Below, in pieces: positions 17,627 through 25,151 of a stretch of DNA of 27,728 nt. Below the pieces are notes generated by a model that saw nothing but the letters and a program-made list of their open reading frames with translations, made no database searches and was not told the DNA's origin. The DNA is from a virus. Taxonomy: Duplodnaviria; Caudoviricetes. The position numbers and the translations under genes were made by a program. The first letter of the stretch is position 1; every line of letters starts with the position of its first letter. Where the stretch lies: positions 1 to 27,728 of IMG/VR virus record IMGVR_UViG_3300017766_004832; one strand, 5' to 3'.

Positions 17627-19303
17627 TTATGCATTGAGTCCTGTTTCATAACCGCCGCCTCTCCATGTTAGTAATCTTGGTCTTCCAGTTCCTGTTCTAT
17701 TTCCCTTGCGATTAAAACTAATATGAAGCCATCCATTTGGTGAATTTGAAGGAATTTCATATATGATCTGATCAAAACTCAAATTAGTTGAAGCCCACTT
17801 GCATATTTCAAGCAATTCTGTTTTTGTTTTACTTGGCCAAGAAACATCAGCGGCCTGACCTGTTCCATGTTGAGACTGGTTTTCACCAACTCTAAATGCA
17901 CTATTAATTCTCATTCCAGGATACTGTTTACGAAGTGGCTCAAGACAGTTTTGTGCAAGTGCCTGTAAGTTGCACGCAATTTCAGATTCTTTTAGACCTT
18001 TTTGAGAATTTATTCTGTATGGAAATAGTATTCCGGGTCCTATTGTCAAATTTCTTAGCTTGTAGTTTTCGCTAATGTTCTTGTCATAATCACTGGCGGT
18101 CAATGGTTCGGAAAAATCGCCACAAACAACTGGTGGAGAGGGTTCAGTATTTGCTGGTTCTGGCGAAGTTTCTTTTGGTGCGTCATTTGGTTTATAATCA
18201 GAAGATGTTGCAGCATAGTCAGGACTTACATTTAGCGTAACTCCAGCAAATTCAAACGATCCTGTTCCTCCAGGAACTTGTCTTTTTTCGAAAGCCGCAG
18301 TTTTAGGACTAAACGCTTGTTCCGCATAAGATGGAGATTCTCCCGGCGGATTTAAATCTATGCGCGGAGCAACAAACTTCATGTTTCCAGTTGAAACTAC
18401 TTCGTAGGTCCCTTTGACAGAAGTTTTCATATTTCCGCCCACTTTTAAATCAGCATCTCCGCGAACAAATATTGATCCTCGTCCATTTATAGTGATATTA
18501 CAATCGCCGTAAATCATAACATTATTATCAGATAATGTAATTTCATATCTGTCTTTGACTACTTTCATCACTCTTGTTCCATCAGGATGCATTTCGTCAA
18601 ATGTACCAGAGCGATGTGCAATATGAACACGTTCAGATCCAGGCGTATCATCTAATTCAACAACGTGTCCAGATTCAGTTTCATAAACATGATTGTACGG
18701 ATATTGAGCGGCATATTTTGTTTCTGGCTCTGACCAAAAGTTTTCATCAGCGGTTAGAACATTTTGCTCTATTGTTTTCTTTTTAATTCCTACAATTGTA
18801 TCTTCAACATTTTCATTTCTAGCAAGACGACTAACTGTCGGTTCTCCTGCCAAATTAGGAAATCTTTGTGCAGGACTATCTGACCAAGAAACACCGCTAC
18901 CATCTGTTGAATAAGTTTTTGTGCCAGGGATTTTCGGACTTTTACTTAGTGCTACTAAATCTCTAGGATCTGAGAATCCTTTGTCTATTCTTGGTGTCCC
19001 ATCAGGTATTCCTGGTACAATACCAATAATTATAGGAAATTGGCCGTCATCACCGTCTAGAAAAAAACCAAATACCATTTCGCCTTCTTTTGGCGCAACC
19101 ATGCTTGCTGCATTTGATCCTAATGGAACTATTGGATGTGCCCAAGGTAAATCTTTAGTTGATACCAAATTTTTGTCTTCGGTATGCCAACCAAAAACAC
19201 GAACTTGACAACGACCCAAAGTTAGAGGATCAAGTCGATTTTCAACTACGCCGAACCACCAGACGAATCCGTCTAGTCCCATGAAATTATTTTTTCCAAT
19301 CAT
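17627..19303 (-). CDS. gp5: baseplate central spike gp5 (OB-fold + beta-helix) with a C-terminal peptidase M15-like domain
   Basis: WWFGVVENRLDP-x-x-LGRCQVR-x-x-GWH, LPWA, VFGFFLDG, YPYNHV-x-ETESGH-x-x-E-x-DDTPG-x-ER...H-x-SGT and PRIDLN. Then LEPLR...INSAFR...SQH-x-x-GQAAD...WLHIS. Confidence 0.92.
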   Translation of the reverse strand: MIGKNNFMGLDGFVWWFGVVENRLDPLTLGRCQVRVFGWHTEDKNLVSTKDLPWAHPIVPLGSNAASMVAPKEGEMVFGFFLDGDDGQFPIIIGIVPGIPDGTPRIDKGFSDPRDLVALSKSPKIPGTKTYSTDGSGVSWSDSPAQRFPNLAGEPTVSRLARNENVEDTIVGIKKKTIEQNVLTADENFWSEPETKYAAQYPYNHVYETESGHVVELDDTPGSERVHIAHRSGTFDEMHPDGTRVMKVVKDRYEITLSDNNVMIYGDCNITINGRGSIFVRGDADLKVGGNMKTSVKGTYEVVSTGNMKFVAPRIDLNPPGESPSYAEQAFSPKTAAFEKRQVPGGTGSFEFAGVTLNVSPDYAATSSDYKPNDAPKETSPEPANTEPSPPVVCGDFSEPLTASDYDKNISENYKLRNLTIGPGILFPYRINSQKGLKESEIACNLQALAQNCLEPLRKQYPGMRINSAFRVGENQSQHGTGQAADVSWPSKTKTELLEICKWASTNLSFDQIIYEIPSNSPNGWLHISFNRKGNRTGTGRPRLLTWRGGGYETGLNA

Positions 19304-20709
19304 TGCTTTTTCAACTCTTTTAGATAAGGATCATCATTTTGTGCATCAGGTAGTTTTTGCGATAGACAATCGCGAGTTACTTCAGCTATCATTTCGTAGC
19401 TTTGATAATCCAGTTTATGACGCATTGCAGTAACTAGATAACGACCGCTATAGTATGGATTGTTTGGATTTTCTCCAGGAACTTGTGTTTTTATCAAGGG
19501 CATTTGAAATTCAATAATATCACCAACTGTTAGATATGTATCTCCGGGTAAAACAAGTTTCAATTTGAAATAATTTAGTTGATTTATTTGTGACGTTCTT
19601 TGCAACATCCATTTTTCTACAAGATTGGGTTTTATACCGGGTTGTCTTTTAGAAATAGATTCAACAACATCGTGTCCTCTAGTTGTTGGATACATTCTTC
19701 TAGTTGCAAAATAATTCTTGTAAGTTTTTGTTTGAGTTCTATCTTCATTTTCATTATGAAATGGATAAAAATCTTTGTGTTCTAGTATTTTGTCATTATT
19801 AATATGTGTAGAATTATTGAAAAAATCATCGTAGTCAAAAATGGTGTCGTCGGCTCTAAGTCTAACTAAATCAATTCCTTTTAAAATACCAGAAAACATT
19901 CCATAAGTTGTTCCGCGCATGACATCATATGTATTCATGATTTCATACTTTATGACATCTCTATATTCATCTATTATTGTCTCGGAACGATCATCTGATG
20001 TATCTATGTTTTTTTGTTTGAATTTATATTTTGCTCTTGTTGGTTGATTGAACAAACTTTCTAGAGATTTGAAATTATATCCTTCTCTATTTTCATAAAA
20101 CATGAAATTTGCGCTAGAATTTTTTCTTGAAATCGAAATCGTTCTTGATGCCAACCAAATTGCGGCTTGTAATGGATTTAAGTTGGGTATTATTATATCT
20201 TGACGACCAAAAGATTCCTCAATGTTTTTAGGTTCTTTTGGATCAAACTTAGTATTTGATACGCTAAGATAATTTTTCAAAATATCTTTTATGATAAACG
20301 AACTAGAAACGCCTTTATAAGACTTTGACAAAACACGAGAAGCAGATATTATATTTTCTTCTGAACAAAAATGCAAAGTATAAGTTTGACTTGATCTTGA
20401 CGATTGTTCTATTTCATCATGCTGTAACTTATAAACGCGAAAAACTTTTTCAAATAGTATTTCTTTTTGATATCCAGGTTTTACTCTGACAACAGTCAAA
20501 AATTCAAATCAGATAAATCGAGTTACTGAAAAAAATTCAACCGAATCTGATAATGTAATTTTTCCTGATAAAGTGCTATTGTAGATATCTTCAAATATTG
20601 ACATCTCAATCAATTGAGGATAAACGTCATACGAATTTCCATCTACACTTTTGATTGTAAGTTCTTTGAACTCAAAACTTTTTTCTGTTATAGGTGTATT
20701 TTCTGCCAT
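19300..20709 (-). CDS. baseplate hub protein (gp27-like), one reading frame interrupted by an in-frame TGA at 20511-20509
   Basis: Track ORFs 20509..20709 and 19300..20499 share a frame (TTT ATC TGA TTT GAA TTT TTG). Motifs IFEDI...SGKI-x-x-x-D, Y-x-LHFCS, FMFYENR-x-G-x-NFKS, PGD-x-x-L-x-VGD-x-I, YSGRYLVT-x-x-RH. Lies between gp53 and gp5. Confidence 0.75.
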
Positions 20710-20715
20710 TTTACT

Positions 20716-21333
20716 TTATATTGCCAATAATGCCATTAGTTCATTTTCAATTTGACTAATATAGGCTTTATCAATTATTTTTATTGATCTTTTTGACTCG
20801 TTCAAATCATTTTCATAGTCATAAGCATATACTATTCTTTTTGTCGTCTCTATTGTCACGCTATTTCCATCTTTTAGATTGAAAGTTTCAAAAGTGCTAG
20901 CCGGAATTGTGGCATAAGTAGTTGAATCGACTTCGTATCGATTTACAGTCACTGTTCTTGTCAAAGAATCCGTTTTAGTTATTATTTTTTCATAGTGATG
21001 TATTTGTGTTGATGCAGTTGCATATGATCCATATTTTGCATCTATGAAATTAGCAAAATCTCTAGTTGATAAAGGCCAATCATAAACTGGATCGACAATA
21101 TCGTTTGCAAATAGTATTATCCAATGCCTATTTGGATTATCATAATACTTTGATGCCAGTATTTCTGGAGTGTCGCCATCTTGAACATCATATGTATAAT
21201 AAACATATGATGAATTCTTTATGCTATCAATCATTTTTGTGCGAGCAAGAATATTAGTAACAACTTTCGGTTGTTGACTTTTATCCGCGCTTAGGCCATA
21301 AAAGTATAAAGGAAATTTTTCAAAATATGCCAT
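20716..21333 (-). CDS. gp53: baseplate wedge subunit gp53 (LysM-like)
   Basis: MAYF-x-x-FP, YDVQDGDTPEILA-x-KYY...HWIILFAN-x-I-x-DP-x-YDWPL, HHYE, YE-x-x-LNE-x-KR-x-IK. Confidence 0.92.
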   Translation of the reverse strand: MAYFEKFPLYFYGLSADKSQQPKVVTNILARTKMIDSIKNSSYVYYTYDVQDGDTPEILASKYYDNPNRHWIILFANDIVDPVYDWPLSTRDFANFIDAKYGSYATASTQIHHYEKIITKTDSLTRTVTVNRYEVDSTTYATIPASTFETFNLKDGNSVTIETTKRIVYAYDYENDLNESKRSIKIIDKAYISQIENELMALLAI

Positions 21334-22355
21334 TAGTATCCTTTATCTATTGCTTCTCTTGTGATTATGTTTAGTTCTTTGAATTGCAATCTCATTCTAA
21401 TTTGAACTGGCATACCATCGGTAAAAGTTACAAAGCTACCAGCCGATGCATAATCAACTTGAATATCTTCCAAAACACATGATGCTATTCTAGGCATATT
21501 TGTATTTTCTGCAAAGCCAGCACCAGTCTTTCTCAAGAAAGTAATTTCAAATTCTGAAGGAGGCACAAACATGACACCGCTAGCAATCAACTCCGGAGCC
21601 GAATGTCTTCTAAACTGATAAATTATTGACCAAACATCATTAGCTTCTTCAGCACTTCTTGGAGCAAAAACAAAATCAAAATTGAAACTTCTAAGAACAG
21701 GTGATGAATATAAAACTTCAATCACAGGATTTACAGCAAATCCTATTATATTTGCCGCAGTTTTCAAATTAGATACTTTAGTTGCATCTACTGCAGCACT
21801 GACAACATGTCCAAATGCACCCAGGCGTCTAGCTAGACCTTCAGCAGCACCTGCAGCAGCACCTGTAGCTCTACTTACTCCGGCGAGTGCTAAAGAAGAA
21901 CCAAGTGTAGCACCTAACGCACCCGCACCAGAAGTAATATTCATTGCTCCTGCAGCTTTTGATAGGCCTGTGGCTGCAAGTGTGCCACCAATACCTAAAG
22001 TGTCAAGCATGTTCATTTGTTGATATGTTTGCTTATTATCAAATACGACGGTTTCAGGAACATATAGTGATATTGCTGTAGTTGATCTTTTTGTTCTTCT
22101 TGTTAGACCTAAAAAGTTACCCTTATTCAGTTCGGCCGTTCTTGAACCAACTGGTTGTCCATTAGACCCACTTGGGGCCAATGCAGCTTTTCCTGCATCC
22201 CTATCTTTTGTTGCATCTTGTATAAGTATGTTGAATAGCATGGCATGTGATAGTGATTCTATGTCACTAGGATAGTTCAATGACGAAAACTTATACTTGT
22301 TTGTGCCTAAATTATCTAAAGGTCCAACGTCTTGTCTAGCCTGTAATCTTTGCAT
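21333..22355 (-). CDS. gp48: baseplate tail-tube cap gp48
   Basis: L-x-YP-x-D, I-x-LY-x-P, NP-x-x-E-x-LY-x-x-P-x-LRSF-x-F-x-F-x-FAPRS-x-x-EA, P-x-EF-x-I, C-x-L-x-x-I-x-V-x-Y, DG-x-PV...L-x-F-x-E...I-x-x-GY. Confidence 0.9.
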   Translation of the reverse strand: MQRLQARQDVGPLDNLGTNKYKFSSLNYPSDIESLSHAMLFNILIQDATKDRDAGKAALAPSGSNGQPVGSRTAELNKGNFLGLTRRTKRSTTAISLYVPETVVFDNKQTYQQMNMLDTLGIGGTLAATGLSKAAGAMNITSGAGALGATLGSSLALAGVSRATGAAAGAAEGLARRLGAFGHVVSAAVDATKVSNLKTAANIIGFAVNPVIEVLYSSPVLRSFNFDFVFAPRSAEEANDVWSIIYQFRRHSAPELIASGVMFVPPSEFEITFLRKTGAGFAENTNMPRIASCVLEDIQVDYASAGSFVTFTDGMPVQIRMRLQFKELNIITREAIDKGY

Positions 22356-22362
22356 CTAAATA
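22355..22362 (+). promoter_or_regulatory. late promoter-like TCTAAATA for the rightward gp4 operon
   Basis: One mismatch to TATAAATA, 26 nt upstream of the gp4 ATG at 22389. Confidence 0.5.
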
Positions 22363-22380
22363 TTCTCTATCTTTTGGATA

Positions 22381-22388
22381 TATTTATC
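22381..22388 (-). promoter_or_regulatory. late promoter-like GATAAATA for the leftward gp48 operon
   Basis: One mismatch to consensus, 25 nt upstream of the gp48 ATG at 22355. Confidence 0.55.
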
Positions 22389-22826
22389 ATGTCATACAAA
22401 GGCCGTTTCATACCAACAAATAGTAACAAATACAAAGGTGATCCGACACGAATCATATATCGTAGTCTTTGGGAACGTCGAGTCATGATCTTTCTTGACT
22501 CAAATCCGGCTATAGTACAATGGTCGTCGGAAGAAATCATAATACCCTATCTATCTCCTATAGATCGAAAAGTGCATAGATATTTTCCCGATTTTTATGT
22601 CAAAGTGCGAGATAAAGAGGGTAAAATACGAGAAATGATATGGGAAATAAAGCCAAAAAAGGAATCAATAGCTCCAAAAAAGAGATCTCGCGTCACGCAA
22701 AAATATATATCCGAAGTTGTGACATGGGGAGTCAATGAGGCAAAGTGGAAAGCTGCCGAAGAATATTGTCTTGACCGAAATTGGCAATTCAAAGTGCTTA
22801 CAGAAGATGATCTAGGAATCAAATAA
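22389..22826 (+). CDS. gp4: head completion nuclease gp4 (TnsA-like PD-(D/E)xK)
   Basis: MSYKGRF-x-P-x-N-x-x-KY-x-GDPT-x-I-x-YRSLWE, WSSEE-x-x-IPY-x-SP, HRYFPDF, EIKP, N-x-AKW-x-AA. ATG 22389 fits the family N-terminus better than TTG 22350. Confidence 0.93.
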   Translation: MSYKGRFIPTNSNKYKGDPTRIIYRSLWERRVMIFLDSNPAIVQWSSEEIIIPYLSPIDRKVHRYFPDFYVKVRDKEGKIREMIWEIKPKKESIAPKKRSRVTQKYISEVVTWGVNEAKWKAAEEYCLDRNWQFKVLTEDDLGIK

Positions 22827-22829
22827 ATA
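22822..22829 (+). promoter_or_regulatory. late promoter-like AATAAATA just upstream of gp2
   Basis: One mismatch to consensus, overlaps the gp4 stop, 5 nt before the ATG. Confidence 0.35.
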
Positions 22830-22834
22830 GATCT

Positions 22835-23416
22835 ATGGCACTATTAGATAGACTACAAAAAGAATTGCAGAAACAAAATCTAGCTATGAGTTCAAACAAA
22901 GCTAGACAATGGATCAAAAATAAAGTCAAAGATCTAAATGGTCTTAGACCAAACACGCTTATGCGTGATACAAGGCGCAAGCAAACAAAGTTTGATCTTG
23001 GCGGAATGTATTTTTTTGTCTATAATCCAAAACTAAGAGATGATCTGCCGTTTTATGATTTATTTCCTCTTGTCATACCTATAGAAACATATTCTGACGG
23101 ATTTCTTGGACTAAATTTGCATTACTTAGCTCCAGTTCCGCGCGCGAAATTACTAGATGAATTGAGTGAATTTGCTACAAATAACAAATACGATGAAAAA
23201 ACAAGAATAGCTGTTTCGTATCAAATGCTAAAAAGCATATCAAATACAGATGCATTTCGTCCGTGCTTGAAAAGATATCTATTGCAAAACATAAAATCAC
23301 AATTTTTGCGTATAGATGCAAATGAATGGGATATTGCAATATTTTTGCCTGTTGAAAGCTTCATAGGCGAAACAAAACAAAAAGTCTTTTCAAATTCTAG
23401 AAAGAAATATAAATGA
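22835..23416 (+). CDS. gp2: DNA end protector protein gp2
   Basis: G-x-MYFFVY-x-PK-x-x-x-x-LP-x-YD-x-FPL, GF-x-GLNLHYL, PCLKRYL, EW-x-x-A-x-x-LP-x-E-x-F. Confidence 0.92.
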   Translation: MALLDRLQKELQKQNLAMSSNKARQWIKNKVKDLNGLRPNTLMRDTRRKQTKFDLGGMYFFVYNPKLRDDLPFYDLFPLVIPIETYSDGFLGLNLHYLAPVPRAKLLDELSEFATNNKYDEKTRIAVSYQMLKSISNTDAFRPCLKRYLLQNIKSQFLRIDANEWDIAIFLPVESFIGETKQKVFSNSRKKYK

Positions 23417-24189
23417 GTAGCATAGAAGCGTTTAGATCTAGTATAAATCGATTTTCAGACTTTGCAAAAGCAAGTCGTTTCTGGGTCACAATTCCGGATC
23501 CGCCGACAGGTGGTGATACAAGACTTCTTAGATATAGATGCACGGATGCAGAACTGCCCGGAAGATCATTTGCAACTTTTGACAATAGAACATACGGATT
23601 ATTTCAATCGCATCCATCACAAACAACATTTGGACAACTAAATCTAACATTTTTGTGTTCAGCTAATTTTGCAGGACCTGTAAGAGAAACAGGTTTTGCA
23701 GAAAAAAAGATATTTGAAGATTGGATGGATTACATAAATCCTACTGAAAATTCTGCAACGAATATAACAGATAATGCTCTTTACAATTTTAGATATAAAA
23801 AACAATATACAAGAGATATTATTGTCGAACATTATGACGTTGTTTCTGGTCGGGAAGAAGTTGAAAGTCTTGGCATCCTAACGGAGTCAGATTTTCCAAC
23901 ATATCGAGTCAAATTCATCGATTGTTTTCCAATATCAATAAATCAAATTTCATTGAGTTGGGCTAGTGACGATAACATATCACTAATTGTAACTTTCGCA
24001 TACACTAGATGGCAGAGAGAGTCTAGCCCTCTAAACAATACAATAACCGAAAATGATTCTGGTGTCATTACTCCGCCAAGTCAAACAGCATCGACACAAG
24101 AAGTTCCAGGAAATCCTTTTACTGGCGCACAGCCATTCACCTATGATCCTCAAGCAAATGCACTTCGACGAGATGCAACACCAAGATAA
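23413..24189 (+). CDS. gp54: tail-tube-family protein, probably baseplate-tube initiator gp54
   Basis: C-x-x-AELPGRS, L-x-LTF, EK-x-x-FE-x-W, Y-x-x-x-Y, D-x-FPISI-x-x-I-x-L-x-W, V-x-FAY-x-x-W. Sits between gp2 and gp26. Confidence 0.7.
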   Translation: MSSIEAFRSSINRFSDFAKASRFWVTIPDPPTGGDTRLLRYRCTDAELPGRSFATFDNRTYGLFQSHPSQTTFGQLNLTFLCSANFAGPVRETGFAEKKIFEDWMDYINPTENSATNITDNALYNFRYKKQYTRDIIVEHYDVVSGREEVESLGILTESDFPTYRVKFIDCFPISINQISLSWASDDNISLIVTFAYTRWQRESSPLNNTITENDSGVITPPSQTASTQEVPGNPFTGAQPFTYDPQANALRRDATPR

Positions 24190-24210
24190 TATAATGAAAG
24201 GAATATAGTT

Positions 24211-24957
24211 ATGTCTTTACCAAAACTTGATTTGCCAACATATGAAATTGAAATGCCTTGTACAGGCAAAAAAGTTACTTTTAGACCATTTTTAGTAAAA
24301 GAACAGAAAATTCTTCTAATGGCATTAGAATCAAAAGTTGAAGAAGATATCATTCGCTCAATAAAACAAATTGTATCAAATTGTATTGTAAGTAAGGATT
24401 TCGATGCGGAAGATATGTCTTCTGTTGATCTTGAATACTTCTTCATGCATTTACGAGCAAGATCAATTGGAGAAAAAGTAAATCTCAACTACACATGCAA
24501 AAATGTTGTTGATGAAAATGAATGCAATCATCTAATGAAATTTGAACATGACATATTGTCAACTCAAGTAGAAAAAAATCCAGAGCACAATAAAACAATA
24601 TTCTTTAGTAAAGATGTCGGCGTAGTAATGAAATATCCATCAATGAAGATGGCTGAAAATATGGTTTTGAAGGCCAAGGCAAAACCTAAAGATAAGTCTG
24701 ATGTTGATTCAGCACTCGACATAATCATCGATTGCATGGATTATATCTTCGATAAAGAAAACATCTATTACATAAAAGAAATGAACAAGGAAGAAGTTAG
24801 GGAATATATTGAAAATATACCAAAGGCAAGTTTTGATAGAATTGAAAACTTTTTCAACACAATGCCAAAGATAAAGTCAGTTGCAGAACACAAATGCGAA
24901 AAATGTGGATTTGAACATAAAATTCAAATTGACGGCATAACAAATTTTTTCGTATAA
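24211..24957 (+). CDS. gp26: baseplate hub assembly protein gp26
   Basis: MSLPK-x-x-x-PTY, FRPFLVKE-x-KILLMA-x-ES, D-x-EY-x-F-x-x-LRA-x-S-x-GE, MKYP, FF-x-x-MP, C-x-x-C, terminal G-x-x-NFF. AAGGA Shine-Dalgarno. Confidence 0.92.
   Translation: MSLPKLDLPTYEIEMPCTGKKVTFRPFLVKEQKILLMALESKVEEDIIRSIKQIVSNCIVSKDFDAEDMSSVDLEYFFMHLRARSIGEKVNLNYTCKNVVDENECNHLMKFEHDILSTQVEKNPEHNKTIFFSKDVGVVMKYPSMKMAENMVLKAKAKPKDKSDVDSALDIIIDCMDYIFDKENIYYIKEMNKEEVREYIENIPKASFDRIENFFNTMPKIKSVAEHKCEKCGFEHKIQIDGITNFFV
24942..24951 (+). other. candidate -1 ribosomal frameshift site (overlapping A AAT TTT and T TTT TTC heptamers)
   Basis: Both heptamers fit X XXY YYZ in the gp26 frame, one to two codons before its stop. 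The -1 frame is the gp51-like frame. Confidence 0.6.
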
Positions 24958-25148
24958 GCCTTGGCCATGAAACGTTAGCAAATTACTACAGTACAAACTT
25001 TTCGATGATGCAACATCACAAGTATAGTTTGAATGACCTTGAAAATATGATACCATGGGAAAGAGATGTTTATATCGTTATGTTGGTTCAGCACATAGAA
25101 AGAGAAAACGAAAGAATAAAACAATCCATGAATAACAAGAGAAGATAA
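24951..25148 (+). CDS. gp51: gp51-like hub assembly catalyst frame (absent from the ORF track; first ATG at 25005)
   Basis: Manual translation: RISLGHETLANYYSTNFSMMQHHKYSLNDLENMIPWERDVYIVMLVQHIERENERIKQSMNNKRR*. The NF-x-x-MQHHKYSL...MIPWER-x-x-Y signature is gp51-like. Confidence 0.85.
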   Translation, partial: RISLGHETLANYYSTNFSMMQHHKYSLNDLENMIPWERDVYIVMLVQHIERENERIKQSMNNKRR

Positions 25149-25151
25149 AAA

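Noticed and set aside
22389-22826. TnsA-like nuclease as a transposon or homing element
   Set aside because: Motifs and the position next to gp2 identify the core head-completion gene gp4. There are no terminal repeats or transposase partners.
23408-23415. TATAAATG before gp54 as a late promoter
   Set aside because: It includes the start codon itself and is explained by the gp2 Tyr-Lys-stop/ATGA overlap.
24955-24990. Stimulatory hairpin or pseudoknot after the slippery site
   Set aside because: Only very short pairings (GCC/GGC, TGGCCA) are visible by eye. Folding software would be needed.
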